In this document: one piece after another, positions 1-11,513 of the stretch
Layout of the letters: the number at the start of each line of letters is the position of its first letter
How positions within the stretch are numbered: position 1 is the stretch's first letter
Assembly: GCF_006345805.1 (NCBI RefSeq)
Contig: NC_042999.1
Coordinates: 142,910,001 to 142,974,000 of the forward strand
Source of the DNA: Octopus sinensis
Taxonomy: Eukaryota
Direction of reading: 5' to 3'
DNA: 64,000 nt
Position numbers and translations under genes: made by a program
Notes under the pieces: generated by a model
What the model was told of the DNA's origin: nothing
Databases searched by the model: none
The model's input: the letters and a program-made list of their open reading frames with translations, nothing else

Positions 1-590
1 AGGAATCCACGGGAGTGCTACCCAACATATCTGTTGAAGTCACCAGCCACAATAACCAAGTCTTTGTCATTTCTCATTGAGGTAGTCTGCAACAAGACCA
101 CATAAAAATTGGTCCTTCTGATCATGAACCATCCCAGACAGTGGAACATAGGCAGAGATAAATGTAATTGTTAACTTATCCAAGATTAGTCTCCACATAG
201 CAACATTATTACATACTTTGACTATCTTAATTACCTTATCTACCGATTTTTCTGCCAAAAGTATTCCTACACCATCCAAGCTATTACTCCTGCCTATCCA
301 GAAGAATTTGAACCTCTGTTTCTTACCCATGAGGAATCTAGGGGTGGCTCCCCTCCATCTTCTTACACATCACGCATGTCTACATGCTGTCATTCCAGCA
401 TTTCAATAATCTGACCAGTCTTTCCTTTCATTGTGCCAAAATTGATGGTAGCAGCCCTGAAATTGTGGACTTGGGAGGAAGAGTGGGAAGACAATTGTCG
501 TGGAACTTTTGCCAACACCTGAAAAGATGATTTGCGCAAACACTTGCCAGCTGGCAGAGAGAGACTTTTTGTACATAGTTAATTTACTCA
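1..590 (-). mobile_element. Decayed RTE LINE endonuclease fragment
   Basis: ORF 67-330 (FKFFWIG..DGVGILLAEK..ISAYVP) matches the RTE AP-endonuclease N-terminus. Confidence 0.7.
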
Positions 591-629
591 ATGAAATACA
601 ATTTCCTCAATCCCGTTCATAATTTAAAG

Positions 630-948
630 CAGTGTTTTTCAACCAGGGTCCATATAAGATTTTGGATGTCCACACAACAAAATAGTAAACTGGGAATCCA
701 GAATAGTATTTTAAGGTCTCTGGCAAAAAATTTGCTTTAGATGTGTGTATTAGTGTGTATTGCAAGAAACAGCTAAGTTTATAACGTTTTTACATAGTTC
801 AACCCACACAATGTGTGATAAACAAAATAGGAATTTTGAATGAAGTTTATATAAAAGTAGATTTCAAAGATAGAATGGTTATGGGAGTCCACCAGAATAA
901 AATAATAATCAAAGGAATCCATAGATAGAAAATGGTTGAGAACCCCTA
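630..948. mobile_element. hAT-type MITE
   Basis: Termini CAGTGTTTTTCAACC ... GGTTGAGAACCCCTA. Degenerate 8-bp TSD atttaaag/atctagag. Confidence 0.6.
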
Positions 949-2186
949 ATCTAGAGTGTGCACCAAGAAGGAAAGAGAGGAAGAAGGTCTAGGGCTAGGG
1001 CTTCAGATAGACCAGGAGAGATAAGATGGTTACATAGCAAAGTTTAAATACTTATATATGTAATCCGTGCATAGTACATCCCAAACATATATATATATAT
1101 ACACAGGCATATGCTTAGATGTATACAGCTCTCATAGAGATGCATGCATACAAGTATATGGTAGCAGGAGGAAAGTTACCAAAATATTATATTCATACAC
1201 ACAGGACAGGTGGAGTGCATAATGAGTTGCCAGGAAACAGTTCATGCATGTTTAAATGAAAATGGGTGTGTGTGGGGGGGGGGGAGAAAGGGTCAGGAGA
1301 AGTGGGTTACAAAGATGGGGACTGCCTTTAGAATCTATGAGAATCTACTGTAGTACCCTCATTATTATACAGACTTAATGAAAGAATTTGTAATACATAA
1401 TTATTATCAATACTATTAGAAGCATATACCAACAAATTTAGTAATTACCATCATCATCATCATTTAACAACTGTCTAACCTATGTTGGCATAGGTTAGAC
1501 AGTTTGATCAAAGTTGGTAAACCAGAAGGCTGCACCAGGCTCCAGTCATCTGTTTTGGCTTGGTTTCTACAACTGGATGCCCTTCCTAATGCCAATTACT
1601 CTACAGAGTGTACCGGGTGTCTTTTACAGGTCATCAGCACAAGTGCCTTTTTACATGTCACTGGCACTGATGAAACACTGTCAGTCAGCATATTTATCAT
1701 ACAAACATTTATGCAATAGAAAAAGGGTCTTTAACTGCACATGGCCTTAACATGATGTGACAGGGAATGTAAAAAGCACTGACAGAGCTAAATTTTACAA
1801 TAAAAACAAGAACTTAGCTATAGTTTCAGAGAGCACACTTCTGATCAAAATGAGTAATATTAGGGAAAATTTATTGTCTTGTATACAAATGGAGGCTGCA
1901 TTTAGAATCTACAAAAATCTATTCATATTCATAAAACATAAACTGAGCATATTTCTTTTATGCATAATGATGAATACTATCAAGCAGTTTAAAATCACTA
2001 CTTCAATTTTGATGCCCAAGTAGAAGTGTTTAACAAAATATTATATTGCTTTTGAGAAAGGCAGGTGTGTCCAAACTTCTTTCATCATAAAAAAATACCA
2101 TAGAAATTAACAGCTTAGAAAACATTAACTAATGTATTTCTAACTTCTGACTAAAAATTAAATTTATTAAGAGGAAGATGCACACA

Positions 2187-2187
<1 letters not shown>

Positions 2188-2254
<67 letters not shown>

Positions 2255-2280
2255 TCTTTCTTTTTCTCTCTCTCTCTTTC
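2188..2280. repeat. (CT)n microsatellite
   Basis: Direct reading. Confidence 0.95.
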
Positions 2281-2499
2281 ATGCACACACACATATATTT
2301 ACCGTTTGTAGTAAATAGATTTTCTGAAATAATCTTGAAACTTCTTAGTTTTGGAAATCTCTGGAAATGGAAATACAAACATATTGTGATTGATTAGCCT
2401 AAATTAAAGAAATGGATTTGCAAAACCAACATATGCTTGCACCACACATATACATACAGTAAAGACATTTTTATATAGTGTTTTATCTGGGAGTTACTA

Positions 2500-2518
2500 T
2501 ACACACATGCACGCACGC

Positions 2519-2592
<74 letters not shown>

Positions 2593-2615
2593 ACAAACAA
2601 ACAAACAAACAAACA
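2500..2615. repeat. (CA)n plus (CAAA)n microsatellite
   Basis: Direct reading. Confidence 0.95.
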
Positions 2616-2689
2616 AGTGTACGAGTTGAGAGGTTGAATGGGTATCAGAAGTAAGTGTAGGTAATTTTAGTGAATTTGAAAAGCCAAAC

Positions 2690-2791
2690 CTTGATCTGCC
2701 AGTGTTAGATTGGGTTCATGATCTGAAGTTTCTTCATTGATGACATCTAGAAAGAAATCAGTTGGATTGTTGTGTTCTTCACAAATGTAAC
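2690..2791 (-). CDS. ABCG2: ABCG2-like coding exon 7, 102 nt (GYICEEHNNPTDFFLDVINEETSDHEPNLTLADQ); the gene continues beyond the left edge
   Basis: Acceptor ttttattttgaAG and ABCG NP(T/A)DF motif. The donor GTTTGG is weaker, so the 3' boundary is less certain. Confidence 0.88.
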
Positions 2792-3483
2792 CTTCAAAAT
2801 AAAACACCCATTATAGGTATGTTGCCTAAGAATGAAGCTGAGCTGAATTTTAAAGGCTTAATCTACATAGGTATTGTCTGAATATTGCATATATTCAACC
2901 AAAGTTAAATGCTGGTTGTAGCAAACAGAAGCTAAATACTAAGAATAGTTAGTAGAAATTGAATGTTCAGTGAGCCTGCCTAAAGTTAAATGTTGAATGC
3001 AGCTAGTCAAATTTGAATGTTGAATATAGCTCATGCAAGGAGTACACTGACTGCTCAGTGTGAGAGGGGGGGGGCAACACGAGGCTATGGGAGTCATATA
3101 TGAGGCTGTGGTGGTATCCAGCCCAAACAATCAGAGCAATAGCAGCAGTGGCTCATTCAACAACATCAACGACAACAACGGCAATGGTGGAGGCAGCAGT
3201 GACAGCAATGCATTAAGTGGCAGAAACACCAGCACCAACAGCTACATCCGAAGCAGCTCATCCAACAACATTGACAATAACAATGACAACAACGGAGGCA
3301 GCAACACCAGCAACGCATTAAGTGGCAGAAATACCAGCACAGACAACAACGACCACAACACCAGCATCAGCGCTACAGCCAGAGATGATGACCACACCAG
3401 CACAAGCAACACCAGCAGAACTACCAGTCCCACACCCAGAATTAACAGCGATGGCAACCACAACACCATCAGCAACATCAAGT

Positions 3484-3835
3484 GGAGGCGCAATGGCCCA
3501 GTGGTTAGGGCAGCAGACTCGCAGTCGGAGGATCGTGGTTTCGATTCCCGGACTGGGCGTTGTGTGTGTTTATTGAGCGAAAACACCTAAAGCTCCACGA
3601 GGCTCCGGCAGGGGGGGGGTGACCCGTTGTACTTTTTCACTACAACTTTCTCTTACTCTTTCTTCCTGTTTCTTGTCCCCGACTTCCTACGCAACTGCTG
3701 AGCCTGGATGCGCATTCATCCATCCGTCGATGCTCTCGGTGTTGGGTGTTGACCTGCTTTCTCTTCTGCAGGTCTTATGAATAGCAAAGGACCACGCCTC
3801 GGACTTCTCCCAGGTGCTAAACAAACAAACAAACA
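3484..3835 (+). mobile_element. tRNA-derived SINE
   Basis: A-box TGGCCCAGTGG, B-box GGTTTCGATTCC, non-tRNA body and (AAAC)n tail. Confidence 0.75.
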
Positions 3836-4517
3836 AAAATCAGCAACATCAACATTATGGCCAGTGATGGCTACTGCAATGACAACTACAGCTATAGCCG
3901 TGTTGCTGGACCCACGCTCTGTAATAACAGCATTGGTGACAGATCCAACAACAGCAACTGCAACAACTTCAGGCCCAGAATCAATGGAAGATACACCAGA
4001 GGTGCAGAGACAAGTTCAGAGATACATCACATCAGCTGCATTTAAGATGGTCCTCTTTTAGGGTCCTAGAAAGATGTTAGGTCACGTCCTTGGCCAGTCA
4101 AGCGTGTGTTGCCTTAAGGATGAAGGGACTCCATATGGAATTAAATGGAGGATCATAGAACAGCCAGGGTCTTATGTAAACAGCATACAATGCAAGCTTT
4201 GCATAGCAGAGCAGGCAAGGATCCTTAAAGACTTACTGGACCTAGAATGACTCAAACTCAAGACATGAGATCTATAACCCCTGCCCCTATAATTTGCTAG
4301 GCAAATTCTCCTAGCAAATTATCTTATTTGCTAAAGAAATTTGAAACATAGGTATAACCACAAAAAATAACAAGGTAAAAGTTTTTATTTTTCATTTCTT
4401 TCGAAAATTGCTATTAAATGTGGTTTTGGTCATTTTGACTATTTCTTCTAGCATGCAAAAATTACCTGTTGAAGGGTAGTTTTCTATTGTGTTTAAATGT
4501 ACACTATTTTATATTGA

Positions 4518-4552
<35 letters not shown>

Positions 4553-4555
<3 letters not shown>

Positions 4556-4800
4556 GAGGCACATGGCTTAGTGGTTAGGGTGTCAGCACCATGGTCGTAA
4601 GATTGTGGTTTCGATTCCTGGACCGGACAACGCGTTGTGTTCTTGAGCAAAACACTTCATTTCACGTTGCTCCAGTCCACTCAGCTGGCAAAAATGAGTA
4701 AGACTGCGATGGACTGGCAGCCTGTCCAGCTGGGGGGAACACATATGCCACAGAAACCAGGCCCATGAGCCTGGCTAGGCTTGAAAAGGGTGACGTTTAT
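4553..4800 (+). mobile_element. tRNA-derived SINE with a conserved-core-like central domain
   Basis: A-box TGGCTTAGTGG and B-box GGTTTCGATTCC, then GTTGTGTTCTTGAGCAAAACACTT...; inserted in (TA)n. Confidence 0.75.
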
Positions 4801-4899
4801 CGTTTATATATATATATATATATGCTGTTTGTTCCTTCTCGAGCCATGACTGGCTCATAAGGGCCGGTTTCCCGGTTTCTTGGCGTATAGGTTCCCCTC

Positions 4900-5380
4900 T
4901 CACTCTCCCCCATCCTCCCTCTCTTCTCTCCTTCTCTTTCTCCTCATATACCCACCTTCCCCTCCCCCCATAAACCCACGCACCCCTACCTCACCTTCCC
5001 TATCCTTCCCACACCCTTCCCCCACATACCTCACCCATGCCCCATACCCTCCCCCACATACCTCACCTCTAACCCCACCCTCTACCCCAACCCTCAGCCG
5101 AACCCATACCCCACCTGTGCTTTCCCCACTCTCACCTCCCCCACCTCCCCACAACATCACACCACACTACACTACACCATACAACATTACACATCACATC
5201 ACAACACACTATCCACAGCACACCGCCCACACACCCATCCCCACATCACATCACAACACACCACCCACACACCCATCCCCACATCTCCACACCCACACAT
5301 ACATACACACACACACATCCAGACCACCAGCCTTCTTTCACACGCACATACATACTCTCTTATACACACACGCACCTTTG
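4900..5380. repeat. C/A-rich low-complexity tract
   Basis: Degenerate CACACC/CCCAT repeats; these explain the Pro/His-rich ORF 4880-5488. Confidence 0.8.
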
Positions 5381-5489
5381 TGTTGGGGGCACCTTCGTAT
5401 TGGAAGTCACTTGACCCTGTTATCTCCCCTACTGTCCCTTTCGCGTCTGACCACTGTCCGAAGTCAGGACGTCATGATAGATCGTTAGC

Positions 5490-5670
5490 TCCTACATGCA
5501 TTTTTTTTCTCTCCTTGTTTTTTTCTGTGTATCTTTCTGTCGAAAAGCGTAGGCTCGAAACGTAAAAGACTTTTTCTATTTCTATTCCTGAGCGCTATAC
5601 TAATACATTTGTTTGCTTGTACTCCACCTGCCTTCGTCTTTTGTTTATTTTTTTAAACTTTCCCGTTATA
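5490..5670 (+). mobile_element. Penelope-type terminal repeat fragment with a hammerhead-like motif (copy 1)
   Basis: tctttCTGTCGAAAAGCGTAGGCTCGAAACGTAaaaga. Homologous flanks occur at about 30700-30860 (+) and 47690-47840 (-). Confidence 0.55.
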
Positions 5671-6001
5671 CACGTATATATATTGTCAGTGGATCATATA
5701 TCCAAAAGGAAGTACACTCTAAAAGATAGAGCAGTAATGTATTTACATGAAGTTAAATATATATCATAATATATATCATAATGCTTTTGAAGTAGGGTGC
5801 TCGTTGTTATGGGTGATTACATAATCATCATATTTATATCCATTTTTCTATGGGTTATTGGACAAGTCCTCTTCAACACAATATCATGACCAAATGGAAT
5901 TTGGTTCCTATATAATAGCTGGCTTAATAAGAACCAATTAAATATGTTAATCAGTTTACTTAGATTCAATCAAATAGGAATAATAACAAAGGTCAAATTA
6001 C

Positions 6002-6153
6002 CTATGCTTTCAAAATAGCTTAGTGCCTCATTTCTTGGTCCTTGAAAGGCAAGAACTCCATTGTATAATAATGTGATATTATCAAATAAATTATAGATTG
6101 AATAACGTGGTTGATGGATGGAAAAAATTATATTCTTTCCTTTCTCGGATAAC
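6002..6153 (-). CDS. ABCG2: ABCG2-like coding exon 6, 152 nt, H-switch (LSEKGKNIIFSIHQPRYSIYNLFDNITLLYNGVLAFQGPRNEALSYFESIG)
   Basis: Acceptor cttatttacacAG, donor GTAATT, SIHQP motif. Confidence 0.95.
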
Positions 6154-6822
6154 CTGTGTAAATAAGAAACAAACTTTAAAATTATAGATACATACAGTAA
6201 AAGAAACATTTCTTGAAATATGAGACATCAAATTTATAGGAATAATAAATAAGATTTTGTAAATTACGTCTTTCTCATTGCCATTTCAATAGAAATTAAG
6301 CCCCATACAAAAGTACATATAATCAAGGATCACCAGGAAACCAAGTAATTCCGAAGAGTAGTAACTGGAATCTCTGCAGGGTGTTTGGTGTTGGGAAGGG
6401 CATCTAGCCATAAAAACCCTGCCAAAGCAAACACAGTAGCCTGGAGTAGTTTTCTTCCTGGCCTGCTCCTGTCAACCATCCTATCCATGTATGCATAGAA
6501 GACAGACATTAAATGATGATGATGATGATGAATACACGGGATTGGGTTTTTATTGTTACACCTACAACAGGACTTAAATTAGCCACTTATGAACTAACTA
6601 AACACTAACTAAAATAGTGCTTCCACTGTTTCAGGTAGTAAGCTAGATGTAGTGAGGTAGCAAGACTTAAGTATATTCAACAGTGCCAGTGGCAGCAAAC
6701 AAACTAGTGATCTTGCAAGTAGTCAGATAGCAAAACAATTCATATATAGCTTTCACAGATATTACATATTAGAATTTATTGAAATCAAATTTTGACTTGA
6801 AGAAATTTTTTTAACTTACTTC

Positions 6823-9150
6823 ATGAACTTTGTGGCTGATGACTTCAATGGTCACGTTGGACGACATGCTGGGGGCTTCCATGGTGTAAATGGAGGCTAT
6901 GGCTATAGTTCCCGCAACAAGGAGGGAACCAGGCTGCTGGAGTTCTGCGATGCAAATAATCTTATGGTTTGCAACACTAACTTCAGGAAACCTACCAGCC
7001 ACCTAGTCACCTACCGATCGGGCCAAGATACCAGCCAAATTGACTACATCCTTGCCAGGCAAAGGGAGAGATGGCTGCTTATAAATGCCAAAACCTTCCT
7101 AGGCGAAGAATGTACCCCGCAACATAGACTGGTAGTTAGTGACTTTAGGATCAGGACTAAGAGGACAACCAGAAGACGACCAACATGGAGAAGAAGGATC
7201 TGGAAGCTTAAAGATCCTGCGAATGGACAGAGATTTAGGGACATGTTACTTGAAGCCTTTGACGGAGTAGAAGGGGATAGAGTATCTCATGGGGTAGAAG
7301 GCAACTGGACGTTTCTAAGGGACAACCTGCTGAGAGCCACTGACCTGATCTGTGGCTGGTGCAAAGACCCCTCTCGTCCCAAGGTAACGTGGTGGTGGAA
7401 CAATGTTGTAGACAGGGCTATTAGAGAAAAGAGACAGGCTTGGAAGGACTGGAAGTATGGTGGTAGCAGGGAATTGTATCAGACTGCCAAAAGGGAAGCT
7501 AGGAGACAGGTCTATCTAGCCAAAGGGGAAGCAGATAAGAAAAAATTTGCCAATGTTCTGTGCCATGAGGGCCAAAGACTGGAGGTGTTTCGTGTTGCAA
7601 GACAGTGTGTGAGAGAGAATTGTGATGTGGTAGGAGAGAAGTGTGTTCGCATGGAAGATGATTCACTTGCACTAAATGAGGATGCAAAGAGAGAGGTCTG
7701 GAGATGCCACTATGAAAGGTTGCTGAATAAAGAAAATGAATGGGATAAAAAGAGTCTGCCAAATGTTGACCCAACAGAGGGACCAGCTATCAGGGTTGAT
7801 AGTTCCTTGGTAGTTAAGGCAATTAGAAGCATGAAGACAGGGAAAGCCCCAGGCCCATTAGGAATCACTGCAGAGATGCTCAAAATATCTGGTAGTGTCG
7901 GCTATAGCCTAGTCACCTGTATAGTTAATCAGGTGATACACAAAGGAGTCATACCCAATGACTGGTGTAGTAGCATAATAGTCAACTGCTACAAAGGTAA
8001 AGGTGATGCCCTAGATACAAATAATTACAGAAGTATCAAGCTGTTGGATGAGGTAATGGAGGTTACGGAGAGGGTCATAGCCCAACTAATTAGAGAGAGA
8101 GTTAGTCTAGATGAGATGCAGTTTGGGTTTGTGCCAGGGAAAAGTACCACTGATGCTATATTCCTGGTAAGGCAGCTGCAAGAGAAATACCTAGCCAAAG
8201 ATAAGCCCCTGTACCTAGCTTTTGTTGACATGGAGAAAGCCTTCGACAGGGTCCCCCAATCCCTTATCTGGTGGTCAATGAGGAAACTAGGGATAGATGA
8301 ATGGTTAGTGAGAGCTGTGCGAGCCATGTACAGGGACGCTGCTAGTAAGGTGAGGGTTGACAACGAGTACAGTGAAGAATTCCGGGTAGAGGTAGGGGTC
8401 CACCAAGGCTCAGTCCTCAGCCCCCTCCTATTTACCATAGTCCTCCAGGCAATAACAGAGGAATTCAAGACAGGATGCCCCTGGGAGCTCCTCTATGCTG
8501 ATGACCTTGCTCTAATTGCTGAGTCTCTATCAGAACTGGAGGAGAAGTTTCAGGTGTGGAAGCAAGGATTAGAATCGAAGGGCCTTAGAGTCAATCTAGC
8601 TAAAACCAAAGTCCTAATAAGTAGTAAGGTAGACAAATCACAAATGCCTTCAGGTAGATGGCTCTGCTTGATCTGTAGAAAAGGTGTAGGTAGAAACTCT
8701 ATAAGATGCACCAAGTGTAAGCTATGGACACATAAGAGGTGCAGCAATGTCAAAGGAAGGCTAACTAGGAAGATAGTTTTTGTATGTGGCAGATGCTCAG
8801 GAGCAATAAACACTGAAAATGCTCTGAGACCAACTTCTGCCACTTTTCAGGGAGAAAAACTAGAAATAGTTGATAGTTTCCATTACCTAGGTGACCAAGT
8901 CAATAGTGGGGGCGGGTGTGCTGAAAGTGTAAATGCTAGAGTAAGAATAGCTTGGGCAAAGTTCAGAGAGCTCTTACCGCTGCTGGTGACAAAAGGCCTC
9001 TCGCTCAGAGTAAAAGGCAGACTGTATGACGCGTGTGTACGAACAGCTATGCTAAATGGCAGTGAAACATGGGCTGTGACAGCTGAGGATATGCGTAAGC
9101 TCGCAAGAAATGAAGTCAGTTTGCTCCGATGGATGAAGATAGTTGTGTGA
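6823..9150 (+). CDS. RTE LINE endonuclease/reverse transcriptase ORF (775 aa, truncated at both ends)
   Basis: Uninterrupted frame with RT motifs QFGF, FVDMEKAFD, GVHQGSVLSPLLF and YADD. Confidence 0.9.
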   Translation: MNFVADDFNGHVGRHAGGFHGVNGGYGYSSRNKEGTRLLEFCDANNLMVCNTNFRKPTSHLVTYRSGQDTSQIDYILARQRERWLLINAKTFLGEECTPQHRLVVSDFRIRTKRTTRRRPTWRRRIWKLKDPANGQRFRDMLLEAFDGVEGDRVSHGVEGNWTFLRDNLLRATDLICGWCKDPSRPKVTWWWNNVVDRAIREKRQAWKDWKYGGSRELYQTAKREARRQVYLAKGEADKKKFANVLCHEGQRLEVFRVARQCVRENCDVVGEKCVRMEDDSLALNEDAKREVWRCHYERLLNKENEWDKKSLPNVDPTEGPAIRVDSSLVVKAIRSMKTGKAPGPLGITAEMLKISGSVGYSLVTCIVNQVIHKGVIPNDWCSSIIVNCYKGKGDALDTNNYRSIKLLDEVMEVTERVIAQLIRERVSLDEMQFGFVPGKSTTDAIFLVRQLQEKYLAKDKPLYLAFVDMEKAFDRVPQSLIWWSMRKLGIDEWLVRAVRAMYRDAASKVRVDNEYSEEFRVEVGVHQGSVLSPLLFTIVLQAITEEFKTGCPWELLYADDLALIAESLSELEEKFQVWKQGLESKGLRVNLAKTKVLISSKVDKSQMPSGRWLCLICRKGVGRNSIRCTKCKLWTHKRCSNVKGRLTRKIVFVCGRCSGAINTENALRPTSATFQGEKLEIVDSFHYLGDQVNSGGGCAESVNARVRIAWAKFRELLPLLVTKGLSLRVKGRLYDACVRTAMLNGSETWAVTAEDMRKLARNEVSLLRWMKIVV

Positions 9151-10170
9151 AAAAGTGCCACACCCTAGCGGTTGAGGGAACCTGTGGAAGAGGCAGACCC
9201 AGGAAAACCTGGGATGAGGTGGTGAAGCACGACCTTCGAACTTTAGGTCTCACTGAGGAGATGACTAGAGACTGAGACCTATGGAAGTATGCTGTGCATG
9301 AGAAGACTCGGCAGGACTAATGAGACCATTACCTGTGGCCTCTACCTGGGATGTAGCCAGTCGACTTATGCATACCTTTCCTTCTTGGGCCACAAAACTC
9401 CACTTGTGAAGACCCGTTGAGGCAAGTGGAAATCGGAAATCAAAATCAAAATCAAATCAAATCAAATCAAATCAGAAATCAGAACCAAAATCGAAGTCGA
9501 TCAACATCAATGGAAATTGCAGCTGCGATACCAGTGCCGGTGACACGTAAGCGTACCATCCGATAGTGGCCATGGCCAGTGCTGCCCCGACTGGCCTCCG
9601 TGCCGGTGGCATGTAAAAAGCACCATCCGATCGTGGCCGTTGCCAGCCTCGCCTGGCCCCCGTGCCGGTGGCACGTAAAAAGCACCATCCGACCGTGTCC
9701 GTTGCCAGCACCGCCCCGACTGGCCTCCTGGTGGCACATAAACAGCACCATCCGATCATGGCCGTTGCCAGCCTCACCTGGCCCCCGTTGCCGGTGGCAT
9801 GTAAAAAGCACCACCTGACCGTGTCCGTTGCCAGCGCCGCCCTGACTGGCCTCCATGCCGGTGGCACGTAAAAAGCACCATCCAATTGTGGCCGTTGCCA
9901 GCCTTGCCTGGCCCCCGTGCCGGTGACATGTAAAAAGCACCATCCGTCCGTGGCCGTTTGCCAGCCCCGTCTGGCACCTGTGCGGGTGGCACGTAAAAAG
10001 CACCCACTACACTCACAGAGTGGTTGGCGTTAGGAAGGGCATCCAGCCGTAGAAACACTGCCAGATCAGACTGGGCCTGGTGCAGCCTTCTGGCTTCCCA
10101 GACCCCAGTTGAACCGTCCAACCCATGCTAGCATGGAAAGCGGACGCTAAATGATGATGATGATGATGAT
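6830..10170 (+). mobile_element. RTE-clade LINE, 5'-truncated, antisense in an ABCG2 intron; 3' UTR with tandem array and (ATG)n tail
   Basis: ORF 6823-9150 covers the end of the AP endonuclease (DFNGHVG, SQIDYIL), the RT (LYADDL) and a PHD-like finger. The frameshifted C-terminus (GRGRPRKTW) follows. The 3' end is shared with many short copies in the window. Confidence 0.95.
9535..10010 (+). repeat. Tandem array of 8 units of about 62-67 bp with alternating A/B variants, inside the RTE 3' UTR
   Basis: Core TGCCGGTGGCACGTAAAAAGCACCATCCGA recurs at about 9535, 9601, 9663, 9727, 9789, 9856, 9918 and 9981. Confidence 0.9.
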
Positions 10171-10560
10171 TAGTTTACTAAATTAATTAATTTCTTTACA
10201 AAAGATATCAAAGGCTTTTAGATAAGTCACAAGAATAATTTTTACAGGAAAAGTACAGTCTGATCAAATAACACCAATATCATGTGTGTATTCTATATAG
10301 TCCCAAACTGATGAAATGCAAATTTGAAAAAACTGAAATCAAACAAACCTAAATCCCATAATACATCTATTTCAACAGCACTGTCTTGGCTAGCTATATA
10401 AATAATGTATGACGAATTTAAGGTAGCAAACTGAGCCAAGTAATATATCACTTGCAATAATCTAATTGAGTCAAACACAACACATAAGTGACTCCATAAT
10501 TAAGCCCAAGTTCTATGGTATGCTGCCAGCAATTTACATCTAAGCCTATCTTTCTTTTCT

Positions 10561-10789
10561 TTAACCCTTTTGTTACCAGCCCGGCTGAAACCGGCTCTGG
10601 CTCTGAGTACAAATGTCTTGTTTTCAAAAGTTTTGAACTAAAATCTTCCGCCAAACCTTTGTCACAATTTATGTTCTTAACACTAGCCGAACGATAACTA
10701 AGTTATTTTACTAAATTCTTTGTCATATTTAAAATTAATTGAAAGAAACACAGAGTATTTCAATAGAAATAAGGTAACAAAAGGGTTAA
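10561..10789. mobile_element. TTAA-targeting (piggyBac-like) MITE
   Basis: ttaaCCCTTTTGTTACC ... GGTAACAAAAGGGttaa. Confidence 0.75.
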
Positions 10790-11513
10790 TATTACCATCG
10801 TTGTAACTTTTGTTTATGTTTATATGAAAAGGTAGAGAATGTTAGGGAGAGACAATGTCTATAGTAGGAGGTCCTGGTAATTCCTTTTCAATAGAGCTTG
10901 TCTTCCACGTACACCCACCTGGCACCCAGCTCTCAACTGTTTGTATGCAAAAGTACACCATTTCCTGGTAGGCCAGCTAAACCAGATGGAAGGCTGCCAA
11001 TCAGTTTTAAATTTTCCGTGAAATTCTTTGAAGGCTTATCATCCTTTGCATATGAAGACTGGATTCTAGTGCACCATTTAGAGGAAACAACCACCAGTGG
11101 TCAACTTTCACCAGTCAGAAAGATAGACTTAGATGTGAATTGTTGGCAGCATACCATAGAACTTGGGTCTAATAATGTTATTTCTGAGCACGGTGAGATA
11201 TGAAGATGTCCCTGATCATCCCACTGCTTCCTTGTTATACTTTCATTTGTTTTGGCTCATCTTAGCACTGACCCAAGAAGTTAAGTACAAGAGAGTGAGG
11301 CTGTTTATTTACAGTACAGTCCTTCCTTACTTTTAAGGCAAGTCAGGATTTGAATGGTAGATATTTTGCCACAGTAGTCAGGTTATCATGCACATCTTCA
11401 ATCATGAAATACTGCCACTCCCATAGTTTCTTTGTTTGTGAAGGCACCTTCCATGTGCCTTCACAAGATTCTCCATTGACTATTTGGCTTCATCCCTCAT
11501 TGTTGTTGCTCTT

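Noticed and set aside
1-2689. Next ABCG2 exon (linker to the transmembrane domain)
   Set aside because: No matching open segment with splice sites was seen; it is presumably beyond the left edge.
3484-3560. tRNA gene
   Set aside because: A and B boxes are present, but there is no acceptor-stem closure and the sequence runs into a SINE body. The same applies at 4553 and 17600.
3060-4061. Asn/Ser/Thr-rich ORFs (3060-3590, 3777-4061)
   Set aside because: They arise from (AAC/AGC)n low-complexity sequence plus a SINE, with no splice or homology support.
4880-5488. 202-aa Pro/His-rich ORF
   Set aside because: Translation of a C/A-rich low-complexity tract.
9535-10010. CRISPR array (constant repeat of about 30 nt plus spacers of about 33 nt)
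   Set aside because: The spacers alternate between two related types rather than being unique. The array lies in a LINE 3' UTR with dispersed homologues, there are no cas genes, and the context is eukaryotic.
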